Counted from the stretch's first letter, positions 26,195 to 40,060 are shown. The stretch: DNA of 64,000 nucleotides from Callorhinchus milii (GCF_018977255.1 NW_024704742.1:13084001-13148000); one strand, 5' to 3'. A program made the numbers and translations. The notes: generated by a model from the letters alone, not told the origin.

Positions 26195-26465
26195 AGGGAA
26201 GATGACCAAAAGTACGATTGAAAAGAAAGATCTTGAGACAGGCCTTGAAGGAGACAAGGAAGGGGGCAAGGTGGCGGGGCTCCGGGATGAAGTTCCAGAA
26301 GGTGGGAGCAGAAAGGCTGAAGGCCCAACCACTGATAGCGGAGCAGGCAGGGCCGGGTGACTTGGAGCAGGCTAGTGCCTGCAGAGTGGAGGGAGCAGAC
26401 AGGTTGGTCATTTTTAATAGATCACAGAGATAGGGAGGAGCAAGATGCGGGGGGCATTAAAGGTG
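26195..26465 (-). mobile_element. L2 3' fragment, opposite orientation to the previous one
   Basis: GWAFSLSAPTFWNFIP...FKACLKIFLF. Confidence 0.8.
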
Positions 26466-26749
26466 AAAAGTGCTACATTTGCTGATTGAATGCACATCAA
26501 TCTATCTGCCCAACACATCAATGACTTTGTTTAAGGCCACAGCTGCTTGGCTCTCTCAGTAGTCCCATCATTGACCTTGAAACTCTAGGTACACAAGCTG
26601 TGTTTTGTGCTTCACATTATGGTAAAAGGTCTTTCTGAGATACTAATATCAATTTTATTTTCCAAGGGTTGGATATGTCACAGGTACAGGAAAATAGAAC
26701 AGTCCTTTATTTCTGAAATATGCCTATACATCTAGTCTGGACGGACAGA

Positions 26750-27037
26750 TAAGTAGAAAGTTGTTTCTCTTATACGATGTGTATGGATCATGGGATTCCC
26801 CATTTTAAGCTCACATCATGAGCAAAGATTAGACAAGTTCAGACTTGAAAAGAGACATCAAAGTAGGAACATTATGAAGGTATTTAAGATTTTAAATGGA
26901 ATTGCCAAACTAAACTCAGAATAATATGTTTGGATGCACTGAGGCAGCGGAATAAGCAGATATAGATTTAGGGTTGTAAATGACAATTTCAGAACACTTT
27001 CAGAGTATTTCTTTACTCAGAGAGTAAATAACAAGTG
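26750..27037 (+). mobile_element. Ancient CR1 3' fragment
   Basis: LEKRH...EGI/FKILNGI and FFTQRV-type remnants; similar relics at ~24555-24960, 32230-32525 and 35110-35300. Confidence 0.55.
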
Positions 27038-28894
27038 GGCCTCCCCCCTCACATTGGACCCTTTCTCCTGCCTTCAGAAGTCCCATTCCACTTGGACCCC
27101 ACCACCAGGCCCCCTACCCACCCTGGGCCTGTTCATTGAGAACTGCCAGCATGACATTGGCTGTGTCCGTTTCGCCACTCCCCTTTCCCACTCAAATCTT
27201 TCTACTTCAGAACGCGCTGCACTCCACTCACTCAGGATCAATCCTGCCATCATTGTCAAACCCGCTGACAAGGGAGGCGCTGTCGTCGTCTGGCAAAAGG
27301 ACCTCTAACTGGCAGAGGCTGACTGCCAACTCTCTGACGAATCCTCCTACCTCCTCCTGGATCATGACCCCACAACTGAACATCAAGCCATCATCACCGA
27401 CAGTAAATTACCTCATCTTCAATGGGGAGCTTCCTTCCATAGCCTCCAATGTCATAGCCTCCCAACCACGCACAACCCGTCTCTACCTCCTCCTCAAGAT
27501 CCACAACAGGATGGATATTCTTTCAGCCTGTTTCTGCCCCATCGAATTGATCTCCTCATATCGGACTCCACTTTTGCTCCTCTTGTCCAGGCCCTACCAA
27601 CCTACATCCGTGACTGACACTCTCCGCCACTTCAACAATTTTCAGTTCACTGGCCCTGGCCGTCTCCTATTCACAATGGATGTTCAGTCCCTCTACACCT
27701 CTGTTCCCCACAAGGATGGCCTGTAGGCCCTTCGCTTCCACCTGGAATAGTAGCCAAACTAGTCTCCATCCACCTCCACCCTCCTCCGTCTGGCTGAACT
27801 TGTTCTGACATTGAACAACTTCACCTTCAACGCCAACCACTTCCTCCAAGTAAAAGGTGTCACTATGGGAACCCTCATGGATCCCAGCTATGCCTGCCTG
27901 TTTGTGGGCCACCTGTAACACTCTTTATTCTGGGCCTACTCAGGTCTGCTCCCTGACCTGTTTCTCAGATATATTGATGACTGTGTTGGGGTTGCTTCCT
28001 GCTCTTGCAGTGAGCTGAAAAAATTCACCAATTTCGCTTCCACCTTCCACCCCACCATAACATTCACATGGTCCATCCCTGACTCTTCCCTTCCTCGACT
28101 TCACCATTTCCATCTCGGGGCATAGATTGTCAATAGATATCTTTTACAAGCCCACCAACTCCCACAGTTACCTGGACCAGACCTGCTCCCACTCCACTTC
28201 CTGTGAAGACTCTATTCCCTTTTCTCAGTTCCTCTGCCTCTGCTGCATCTGCTCTGACGATGCCACCCTTCACATCAGAGCAGCTGAAACGTCTTCCTTT
28301 TTCATCGACCGAGGATTCCCATCCACTGTGGCCCCTGAACCTGTCCGCCCTATTTCCCACACCTCTGGCCTCACCCCTTACCCCTCTTCCCTCACCTTCC
28401 ACACCACCAGCCTCAACATCCAGCAAGTAATTCTCTGCCATTTCCGGCACCTCCACCGTGATCCAACTAAACATATCTTTCCCTTCCCCTCTCAGCATTC
28501 TGAAGGGACCATTCCCTCCGTGATTCTCTGGTTCATTCCTCCATCACCACCAACAGTTGCTCTCCTCCCCCGAGTAGCTTCCCATGCAATACATGTCCTT
28601 TCACCTCCTCCCATACAGGGCCCCAAACACAGATTTCAAATGAGACAGTGATTTACGAGTACGACCGCCAATGTAATTTACCGCATTCGCTGATCACGAT
28701 GTGGTCTCTTCTACATTGGGAAGACGAAACCCAGATTGGGTCACCTCTGTTCTGTCCACAAGCACAACCCTGAGCTTCCGGTTTCTTGCCACTTCAACTC
28801 TCCCTCCCACTCAATATCTGACCTCTCCATCCACGGTCTCCTACACTGTTCCGATGAGCCACAGTGCAAGCTTGAGGAACAGCACCTCATTTCC
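27038..28894 (+). mobile_element. Penelope-like element (probably Neptune clade), degenerate RT + GIY-YIG endonuclease
   Basis: IVKPADKGGAVVVW, YLLLKIH, LFTMDVQSLYTSVPH, RYIDD (~27966), FYKPTNSHSYL, NVIYRIR*SRCGLFYIGKT (~28670-28726); many stops and frameshifts. Confidence 0.92.
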
Positions 28895-31180
28895 TAATAA
28901 GAACACAATGATTACCAGTGTTAATGTGTTAACATGATAAGAAAAATCACAATGGACACTATGGTGTCCCCAAGTCTTGCCACTTGCCAAACTGCACCTA
29001 ATACTCTCCAAATACGGGAATTTCCACATATAAGCAGCATACATATGTGGAGCTCTCAGCCTGGTTTGGATATTATTAAGCATGGTGATTAATTGAGCTT
29101 CTGCATTGCTTCAGACACCCTGCAGAGAAAAAACTGAAGTGTTGATTTCTTCTTTAGCTTGATCTATTCCAACAAAATCTCATTCATTCTTGTGTGATGC
29201 CGCATTGGCTTGTGCAGTAATAAAGGTAAAGTGTATTACTGGTATGCACGTGGCTGGGTCAGTGAGTTGGCTGTGCTAAAACAGTTCAGTCAGGAACTCA
29301 ATTTTAGAGTAAATCCAGATGGCATGTAGATCCTACAACTGCTTCCAACAATGTTTCAGATGAGAGGTACTGATATAGGTTGATTAATGATTTTAAACCT
29401 ATCCCCCTTTTCATCTTATTGAAAGTGGAGTCCATCTCAGCACTATTCACGTTAAATGTCATCACTCTTGGTTCAAGGTTTAACTCAGGCAAAATTCCAC
29501 GTTTATGGCAAATTGTTTTCAAACCAGTTTGGAATTTTATGGTATTGCTTCCAAAGAACGGGAGAATAATTTTTTTGTTTGTTTTTTACACCATAATCTG
29601 TAAAAATATACAGCTTTCTCTTCTCTATTTATAGATTTCTGAAATGAATGGACTATGCAAATTCTGTGCTGTGCAAATTCCTAATCCCTTGGCTTTCTAG
29701 CCCCTTAATAACAACCAATGATGAGAGATTACAGTTCCGCCAAATAGCACAAAGTTGGAACAAAGCTAAATTGCTCAAACATCTCAAGACCTTGTATAGT
29801 GCTGTGTGATATACATTTTTGAAAAGCAAATCAAGTTGGATTGAGTCACGGGTTAAGCATGATATGCTTCTAGAAATAAAACTTATAAACGCAAGGTACT
29901 TTGGTTACCAGGACATCACCTAAAAAACATGAAACCCTCACTTACAGATAGTTATAATCCTTGCATTTGATATAGCACTTTTCACGTCTTCTCGACATCT
30001 CAAAACGCTTCACAGAATAGACTGTAAGGTGAATTGACCGTATATTTGTGGGCGAAACAAACAGTTGCTCAAAACAAACAGGTATATTGTTTGGGTCACA
30101 ACATGTCAAGCGACTGTCAGGATGGTGTAAAGCGACCTAGATGGACCTTGGTCCTCTTTCACCTAGCAAATTCTTATGTTCTTAAATCAGAATCTTAAAT
30201 CTATTAACTGAGAGGAATACAAATGCATGGAATAATAATCCTTGCATTTGATATAGGGAGTTTGATATTGGCCATGCATCGAAACCTCAGCGCTGTATTA
30301 ATGTCAGCCAAGACTACGTGAGTTCAAAGTCCCAAATTGAGGTTTAAACTCACAACTTTCTGATTCAGAGTTGAGAGTGCTACCAACTTAGCAAGATCAT
30401 ACTCCCATATAATGCAGCAAACCCAGGTCCTTCCACAGACCACACATACTTACCCTGTTGTATGGGGTCCTCCAGTCTATTCAACCTGCTAGAGAAACGT
30501 TCCATACGCACACTTCACTGAGTGCCTTCTGAAGCAAATCAGATTCCTGGGATAAGCCTCAATCAATAGTTTAGTTACTGCCTCAAAAGAACGCTTCTCA
30601 TTCCATACTGACTAACCACACAGAGTTTGTGTCTCAATTATCTTAGTCAACTCAGCAAAAACTGGGATCTTAACCTGCAAAACCTTCTCATCTGAATAAC
30701 GTGCTGCTGCATCTCATCCACTATGCCAATTGCACAGCTCACACCTCAAAACTTAAAAAAAAGTACAGTACATATTTAAATCCTACAGAATAATGATAAT
30801 CTTTACATTTGACATAGCAATTTTCATGTCAGGAGTACATCTCAAAGTGCTTCACGGGATAAACTGCAAAGTGCAGTGACTGTGTATTTTGTAGGCAAAT
30901 GTCTATCCCTTCCATTGTTGAGCCCTTTGAAATGCTCTTTTATACGAATGGTACATTATATGCAGTCAGACAGAGAGTACATTATAGGTGGCAGGATAGA
31001 ATGTATAGGAGACAAGAATTTAACTTTTTTTTCAATAACAGGAGACAGGAAGCAGAGGAGGAAGAGAGCAAAATGATAGGAGATGGGCGACTGCCTGCAG
31101 AATTTGTTTAGTGATCCTCACAGATACTAGAAAATGTACAAAACGTATATAGTACAGCAGGGAGCGCTTGGGTTCTGGAT

Positions 31181-31520
31181 TCCTGAGGCTCAGTGGTTTG
31201 AGCACTCGCCTCTCAAGCGAGAGACCTGGGTTCGATTCTCGGGCAGGGTGAAATGTTGGGCAAGTTTCCTTACTGCACACACTTCTGTTTATCTACCAGA
31301 AAGTAGGAACCCGGTTGTTAGTCGATTGGCAGATCTTTTTTCCAGGAGTAATAATCGCTCAAGAAAATAATAATAATAATAATTTGGTCACTCAATCCAC
31401 GACTGTTTGTGGGACACTGCTATGTGCAATTGGCTGCTGCATTTGCCCACAAATATACAGTCAATTCACTTTACAGTATATTCTGTGAAGCGTTTTGAGA
31501 CGTCTCGAAGACGTAATAAG
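31181..31520 (+). mobile_element. Young SINE, long form, near full length
   Basis: tcctgaggctcagtggtttgagcactcgcctctcaagcgagagacctgggttcgattc; internal ~60-nt block present. Confidence 0.92.
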
Positions 31521-32837
31521 GGGCAAGGATTATTATGGGTTGAGGCATGTAACTCGGACAACCTGGAAAAGAGCTGTGAACTGTATTTAACCTGTGAATG
31601 CTTGAAATGGAACAGCTTGTTACTGACTTTTGATACAACCCAATGAAAAGGTCCATTGCTCAGAATTATCATTCCTCATATTAGTATTAGTGAACCAAAA
31701 ACTGGATGGAGATGGAATGCTACGGGAGATCAGGTCATACTCGGTTCGGTGCTCTGTACCATTGAAACACTTTCAGCATTGGCATGGGCTAGTATAGGCT
31801 GAATCATATCAGCATGGAAGGTGCAGTCTTATAATGTTACTTAATACAATACAAAATTAAATTTACAAAATTACATTTGTATAGCGCCTTTCACATCGGG
31901 AGGCGTGATTATTATCATTATGATATATAATCATAATAATATAATTATCATTGCAATAATAATGGTAATCCTTGCATTTGATATAGTGCCTTATCACATC
32001 ATTGAGACGTTTCAAAGTGCTTCACAGGATATACTGGCAAGTGAATTGACTGTATTTTGTGGGTGAAATACAATTTATTACTTTAATAAACGAACAATAA
32101 TTTAATAAATTAGTTCCAACTATTTTCCTGTTAATAACATACAATAGAATGAAGTGAGAGAAGGCTATTCGGCTCATCAAGATGCTCCTTCCATAATCAT
32201 CCAGGACCTAACCTCTCATAACTGACTTCAGTTACTCTATTTCCTGGGGAAGGTTTTGTCTTATAATCAGAACCAAGAGAGTTAGAACTGATGTCAAGAA
32301 CCATTACTTCACATAGAAGGGTATCAAGATGTGGAATGCTCTGCCCCCGGAAAGCTATAGAGGCAAAATCAATAATGATGTTTAAAAGTAAGCTAGACAG
32401 AGACTTGGGTAATAGAGATAAGGTTGAGGCATTGGGATTAAAAGATTGACAAGATCTAATAAATTTGTGGAATAGGCTTGATAGGCTCAATGGCCTCCTC
32501 CTAATCCTATTTTCCTATGTTCCTAAATTTAATTGTAAGTACTTTTCCTGAATACCAGCAAAAACTTTGGAATATTAATTAATTCCTACAATCAGCATTA
32601 TTCAGGGTTTGAAAACATTTAACAGAGAAGGAATTAGCACTCAGTTCAGTACTCTGTACCATTGTTATGCTTTCAGCATTGACACATGCTATTCTTTCTC
32701 AAAAAACAACTCCACAACACCAAATTCAAAGAAAGCTATGCTAATTGTCATGATGTATCTATTGAAGTAGCCATTAGGGGTTGTCCTGACTCCCTTCTTT
32801 CCACTGACACCATTCCCTTTGCCCCACACCAATCTCA

Positions 32838-33192
32838 TAATAATCCTTGCATTTGATATAGCACCTTATCATGTCATTGAGACGTTTAAAAGCTCACAGA
32901 ATATACTATAAAATGAATTATCTGTATATTTTGTAAATGAAACGCAGTAGCCAATTGCACACAGCGTTGTCCCACAGACAGCAATGGATTCAGTGACCAA
33001 GTTCTTTTTGAAGTGATTATTACCCTGGAAAAGGATCTGCCAATTGACTAACAACCAGGTTCCTATTCACTGCAATGTAAACAAAGACGTGTGGGAAAAG
33101 GAAACTTGCCTAAGGTTTCACCCCGCCCGGGAATCAAATCTAGGTCCTCTTGCTTGCGGGACGAGTGCTCTAACCAATATGCTACAGGACTC
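32838..33192 (-). mobile_element. Young SINE, long form, full length
   Basis: Head ends gctacaggactc on +; tail at 32838. Confidence 0.9.
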
Positions 33193-34790
33193 CACTCTTC
33201 AATCTCAGGTTCATAAGAACAAAAATCTCTATGTTATTATTATATATATTATTATTTTTTGTCTGCTTCACTGATGCTACAGATCTACCTGTGCCAAATG
33301 CCCTCCATCAATTCGCTAAGTGGCCACCTGCAGGAGTGCCCCTTGACAGGGAGTGTTTGCAGGCTGTTCAGTCTTGGGAGCATCATAGTCCCTGTTTTCA
33401 ACTGAGATATGATAAACAGGTATTTTGCCCCGTTTATTTTACCTCTTTTAATATCATTCACACCCACTGTCTGGATTCATAGCTCTAACAGGGCAAGTAC
33501 CCTCATTTATGTTATTGTTTTTCGGAAAAAATCTTTTAAAAAGCTTACAGAAGTGGACACAAACAAAAGTTCACATCTGTGTAGGGGTTTTATTCATGAA
33601 GGCAGAGCTCACACGGGACATCCACTTTAAGGAGCCTGGTTTGTTCAAGGCACTTTAACTTTGGGAATGATTCACATGCTGCATCTAAAATATCTCTTAG
33701 TTCCAGTTGGTGGTACACAACAATTTATAAGTAAAGGAAATTCATTCCTCCACTGGGACTTCAATCATATTGCTCCATTGAGTAGAAGCACTTAACTCTC
33801 TCTCTTGCACAGTACTGTTTGCATGCTACAAAGAAATAGACCGACAGTTGCTATCACACATTGATCAGGAGGAATGAGATTCACAAATAGCAAATATGAA
33901 AACTCTGTATGGCTACTTTCGACTGATATCTCATGGCAGTGTGCGTTGTTATAGCAGAGACCTATTTCAGAGTCTCCATTTGGCACATTTGGACTAAAAA
34001 TTAGTCTGCTATGAAACGCTGGAGGAAAAATACCAGAAATGGGTAATTGTGAGATGATGGTGATAGCTCAATAAACAATGCTCCAAGGTTCTTGTTATAA
34101 CCAATGTGTTTCAGACTCCAGTCATCTCTAATGGGTAAAAAAATTTGGCAGAAAACATATTTAGATTTTTNCCAAGTGTGGAGTACAACAACAACAAGAT
34201 TACATTTGTATAGCGCCTTTCATGTCGGGAGGACGTCCCAAGGCGCTGGGTAGATGGATTAGAGAAGATAGCCCAATATCTTGATTGATGGGGATTGAAC
34301 CCTACTGATAATGGACACAAGGTTATCAGATCATCTCACAAATACATTGTAATGTAATACATATGTAGTACATACACACTGAGGTTTGTCTAAAAACGCA
34401 AATATTCTTACTGTCACATTACCTTTGGACCGTTATCTTCTTTCAGATCTGCTCATCTTATCCTGCACATAATGTTCATTGTATCGGTAACCCTCAAGTT
34501 TGGGTTCTCACACATTCCTTTGCCCCTCATGACTCTTCCTCTGACTCCAAATCTCCTTGTCCCAGTTTCCCTGTCCTGGCCTTGAAATTGTTTTCTGACT
34601 TGTTTCTTTGTTTTGGAAAATGTAACTTTGTCTAACTTCTTTGATAGGCCTAAACCAGTTTGTACCAGCCTGCTGACCGCTAGGTTCCATTTTACTGCTT
34701 ACTTAAGGGTTTCATAGGTCATTCAATTGCCCATTCTCCTTATTAAACAGCGAGTACATTACACATAATCATACAAATCAAAAACTCATG

Positions 34791-35087
34791 GAGTCCTGTA
34801 GCTCAGTAGTTAGAGCACTCGCCTTGCAAGCGAGACACCTGGGTTCAATTCCAGGCAGGGCGAAACCTTGGGCAAGTTTCCTTACTCCACACACCTAATA
34901 ATAATCCCTCCAAAACAAAACAATAATACATTGGTCATTTTCAATCCACGACTGTTTGTGGGACACTGCTGTGCACAATTGGCTGCTGCATTTCGCCCAC
35001 AAATATACAGCCAATTCACTTTACAGTCTATCCTGTGAAGCGCTTTGAGACGTCTAGAGGATGAAAAGTGCTATATCAAATGCAAAG
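34791..35087 (+). mobile_element. Young SINE, short form, full length
   Basis: gagtcctgtagctcagtagttagagcactcgccttgcaagcgag...tatcaaatgcaaag. Confidence 0.95.
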
Positions 35088-35649
35088 AAGAAAGATGATC
35101 ATGATGAAATATGCTTAAACCCCAGGAAGTATATCTTTTCACAGAGCACAATTGACAGCTAGAACAGGTTATCAGGAAGAACATTAAGATTACTCTTTAC
35201 TCATTTACTAAACAGCTTGATGTTAAAGTCGGAAGGTGATAAGATTGGTATGGAAGGATGTGGTGGATCGAGGGGCCTTTTTCATCCGTATCACTTGTGA
35301 TTTTTTTTCATTATTTAATTCTTATTCCTTATTCGTACTGTTTAATTCAGATGTTAAAGGTTTCTTCAGCAGCTTGTTTATTCTTTTAGAGCCCTACATA
35401 GAAGCAGCTCAGAGGGAGGACTTGTGACACTGGTAAGTACAGTAGTAAAAGCAATTCACTCAGACAAGGATAAAATAATGCATGACACTCCCATTCAGTT
35501 TTTTGATATTCTAACATTTATACCAGTGGCTGTGGGAACATTTGTCGCAGGAAAGTACATTTAATTGGTGATGATAAAGAAGATTAAACCAGTTTTTATT
35601 TCATTGACTTTGGGGTTCACAAAGCCTCTATACAGAACTTGAATCATGT

Positions 35650-35965
35650 AGCCTAAGCTGACACTCCAATGCGGCTCGGGGGACATTGGTGGAGATGCCA
35701 TCCTTTGAATGAGTTGTTAAATTGAGTTCCTGTCTGCCTGTTCAGATGGACGTTAAAGATCCCATAATAGCTATTCGAAAAGTGGAGTTTCTCCTGGGGC
35801 CCATTGCCAACAATCCCCCAAATAAAATTGGTCATAGCTGTTTGTGGAACATTGTTGTGCACAAACAGGTTGCTGCATTTCGCTCACAAAATACAGTCAA
35901 AAAACACTTTACAGTAAATCCTGTGAAGCGCTTTGAAATGTCTCGACAACGTGAAAGGATTATTA
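35650..35965 (+). mobile_element. Old Deu-SINE
   Basis: gctgacactccaatgc...gttaaagatcccat...tttgtggaacattg. Confidence 0.8.
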
Positions 35966-36491
35966 TTAATATTAATTATCATTCTTTAGCTTTAAGAATT
36001 TGCAGAATTGTGGAGATCTCTGTGATCTCCCATGGTCCTCCTCCTCCACCCATCAACTCAGGCCTGCTTCATGTTATCCCCAACACTGCCTCCTCCACCC
36101 CACTATCCCTTGGGGAGCTTTCAGCCATTTTACTCCCAATCTTTGAAACTTTCACCATAAATCCATCTGCTTCTACTTCTCCCTTTCTCTCTCTCTGCTT
36201 TCAAAACCCATCCGAAAATCCATCTCTTTGACTGCAAGTTTGACCACTTCCTGCCTATACCACTTTCCCCCACATCCATCTTCTTCCCAACTCGGCCTCA
36301 AATCTATCTCTATAATGTGCTTTTGAGACATTCACCTACGTGAAAGGCAAATTATTGCTAATTTGCTTGATGGTTTTCCATAGTTCTTAAAAAGGAACAG
36401 CTTCCAAATTAAGATGAATTATCGAATCATAGGATGTTTCACATAGGAGGAGACCATTTGGCCTGTCGCGCCTGCACTGGCTCTCAGACTA

Positions 36492-36738
36492 AACAACAAC
36501 AGCAACAACAAATTCCACTTATATAGCTCCCCTCACATCGGAAAGACATCCCAGGGCGCTGGACAATTAGGGGTTTTGGACCCGAGCTGGGAGTTGGGGT
36601 CAGAAGGGGTCCCCAGAAGGAGTTGGGGTCCCCTTCTGACCCCAACTCCCAGCTCAGGTCCAAAACCCCTGACTGTCCAGGGCATGGGACGTCCTTCCAA
36701 CATGAAAGGCACTATACAAATGTAATTTTGTTGTTGTT
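36492..36738. repeat. Head-to-head pair of L2 3' ends forming a long inverted repeat
   Basis: Inner arms 36569-36615 and 36624-36670 (47 bp, 2 mismatches); outer arms are L2 tails ending in (CAA)n and (TTG)n. Confidence 0.85.
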
Positions 36739-38184
36739 CATTCAACCTCATTGCCCCATTTAATTCCCATACCACTTCAAACCTCTATCATTCAGACACC
36801 AATCAATTTCTCTCTTGAAATCACAGTGGACTCTACAATTTAAGAATTATCCTCATGACTTAAAATTTTAAGACATAATGGACTTGCAGATGAAGATAGG
36901 TGGATTTTCAGGCCATAAGAGACGAAACAAATGAAGTAAACTCCTTGGGGAAATGCGAGCAATCTAAAAGGGTGCAGAAGGGCACCAATATGTTTTTCAC
37001 AGGGCGACTGAGCCAAAGGATTTATGAATACCGCTAAGACATTATGTAGAAAATTGTATTTTGATGGAATGCTCATGGCAGGAAATTACATTGGCCTCAT
37101 TTAAGACTTCTATTTGTGTTGTGAAAGCAAAAATTTTAAAAAGAATTAAGATCAAAGTCTCGGGTCTGGATATTGCTTCAATGGGAATGCTGCTTCTATA
37201 AATAAATTCAGCTTTTGATCAATGCCAACACTAAGAAAGTAGTATCTAGAGAAATAGACAGGGGAGAACTGAATTCTCTATACCGCTGAGATAATCTCCA
37301 GCCAAACAGCAATTACAGAGATGGGGTGAGGAGAGAGGCAGATAGGGAGTTTCAAAATAAACAGCAATGAGTGAAGAACAGGTCAATTTCCAGATGGACT
37401 CTTCTCCACCATCACTAAAAATGGAAAAATGGCTAACAGACCTCAGCTTCAGCAACCTTTACAGTTATAGTGCAGATGGCTCCAGCTGGAGATTGACCCA
37501 TTCTCCACTTAGTTACTCATTGGCAGGAGAAATTACCATTTCTCTTCCTTCTCAATCCTTTCAGGTTCAGCAGTAGTGTTGCGCCACCAGTACAGAGTGC
37601 ATTTTAGGGTTTCATTGATCAGCCGGGTGTCTGACACATGTGGAAAGCCATCACCATACTCAAGCGTCTCCAAAGCAGGCTGCAAGTTCCACATATGTAA
37701 GCCACAGGAGATTATTAAGCAAAGGTTGGTAGGTCTTGGAGACCCCAAAGTGAGGATCGGAATAACACTAGCACTTGCATACAAATGTATAGAGGTTATT
37801 TAGGGAGAGTGGGGGGGTGGGAGAGGACAGAGGTAGATATGCTTCAGTGCTTGGCTGAAAGTTATTCAGAACTCAATGTAAGCACAGACTCTTAATTTCA
37901 CACAAGAGTCACTAAAACTAACAACAACAATTTGCATTTACACAGTGCTTTTCACACAGGACAGTGTCTCAGAGCACTGCACAGTGGTGACTCGGCACTG
38001 AGCAAGGTAGAAGGGATGGGGGGGGGAACATGGCTATAGGTGTGGTCAAAGAGGTAGGTCTTCAGATGGGATATAAAGACAAAGAAAGGATGAGGCAGAG
38101 GGATTGAACCAGGGAGTTCCAGAGATTAGAGATGTAGTGGCTGAAGACATAAAGTGTCACATTCCGTGACATTACTTTAAATGT

Positions 38185-38482
38185 TTTCAGATGAGACGTT
38201 AAATCAAGGTCCCATCTCATCTGTCTGTTCAGGTGTATGTTAAAGATACCAAGGTACTATTCAAAAAGAGAAGGGAGTTTCTCCCGGTGTCCTGGCTAAC
38301 AATCACCCAAAAAATTTGGTCACTCTCTCCATGGTTGTCTATGCAACATTGCTGTGCGCAACTGGCTACCATGTTTCGCCCACAAAATACATAATCCAAA
38401 TCACTTCACAGTAAATCCTGTGAAGTGCTTTGAGGTGTCTCTAAGACCTAATAAGGTGCTACGCCAAATGCAAGGATTATTA
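38185..38482 (+). mobile_element. Old Deu-SINE 3' two-thirds
   Basis: ttcagatgagacgttaaatcaaggtccc...ggagtttctcccggtgtcctggc...tail. Confidence 0.85.
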
Positions 38483-39064
38483 GCATTTATTCCTGCAATG
38501 GCCCAAACCTTGAACTTTTGGAATGTTCTCAAAGCAATGGCAGTTCCATTATAATGGACGATTTAATGATGTCATTATTTGTAATAAGTGGGTCTGAGTT
38601 CCGAGCCGAGCCGCCTTCTGTTAATCAGAGGTATTTCACGCTGATCGGTGGGAACTCTGCTCTGACGCTATCTACTTCTAGAGTGAAGTGTTCACAAGGT
38701 CAACAGGAATTCTAAAGGGATTTTTTTTAAAGAAATCTCATTACGAATAATCCCTCCCGACGTGAAAAGCGCTATATCAAATGCAAGGATTATTATTATT
38801 ATAATTGGCTGCCACCTTTCGCCCACAAAATATACAGTCAATTCACTTTACAGTTTATTCAGTAAAGGACTTTAAGACGTCTAGAAGACGTGATAAGACG
38901 CAATATCAATTGCAAGCTTTATTATTAAATTATATAAGCTTGGAAGCAGAGAAACCAAGTGTAGCTGAAATCAATAGTGACCAAGAAAGAAAGCTACTGA
39001 GGATGTTACAGAGAGATAAATAAGCCAGAATCAAAATAAACTCTCAGCAATAATAAAAATAAAT

Positions 39065-39420
39065 AACAATAATTCTTCCATTTGATATAGCACTTTTTAC
39101 GTCTTCAAGATGTCTCAAAGCGCTTCACAGAACACACTGTAAAGTGAATTGACTGTATATTTGTGGGCGAACGCAGCAGCCAATTGCGCACAGCAGTGTC
39201 CCACACACAGTCGTGGATTGAGTAACCAATTATTTATTTATTTTCTTGAAGGAATTATTCCCCCCAGAAAAGCGATCCACCAATCGACTAACAACCGGGT
39301 TCCTAATTAATGATAGGTAAGCAGAGGCATGTGAGTAAGGAAACTTGTCCAATGTTTCACCCTGCCGGGAATCAAACCCAAGTCTCTCCCTATTGCTCTA
39401 ACCACTGAGCTACAGGACTC
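39065..39420 (-). mobile_element. Young SINE, long form, full length
   Basis: Head, internal block and tail all present. Confidence 0.92.
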
Positions 39421-39877
39421 AACAGAGCATATTCTGTAACATGCACTCAAACCACACAAGCCCAGACTAACCCGAGCTGTCAACAAAGCACTGGGAAATC
39501 GCTCTTTTTTGAGGTGCAAGAAATAAACAAACAGATAGTCAGATATCCTCTCTCTCTATTGACCTATCTGACCTCCTTGTTCTGGATCAAAATCTACCCA
39601 GATAAGTTTTTCGCATACCTTTGATCGTAACAAACTATTTGTTGAGTATCAGTTTGGGGCTTCAAAGGACTTACAATATAATACAATATTACATTTGTAT
39701 AGCGCCTTTCACGTCGGGTGGACTTATTCAATTTCAGGAGTGAAAGAACTCAGCCATTTTCTTTTGTTAACACAAATTGTCCTAGTTACATTGTGGAAAC
39801 GTCTGTCCCATCAATAAATTAAGATACTGACTGACTCACAAATATTTAGCCCCCTCTGCCCTCACACACAATACCAT

Positions 39878-40060
39878 AATAATAATAATCATCCTTGCAT
39901 TTGATATAGCGCTTTTCACGTCTTCTAGACGTCTCAAAGTGCTTCACAGAATATACTGTAAAGTGAATTGACTGTATATTTGTGGGCGAACGCGGCAGCC
40001 AATTGCGCACAGCAGTGCCCCACAAACAGCTGTAGTTTGAAAATGACCAATTTTATCTGG
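39878..40060 (-). mobile_element. Young SINE 3' half
   Basis: Near-consensus 3' block. Confidence 0.9.

Noticed and set aside
34171..34171. Single N base
   Set aside because: Assembly ambiguity, no biological meaning.
34791..34865. tRNA-Ala(TGC)-like gene (and similar at 16925, 31181, 40840, 43663)
   Set aside because: Each is the head of a SINE, followed by the same body and tail, with a mismatched first base pair and variable anticodon; not a bona fide tRNA gene.
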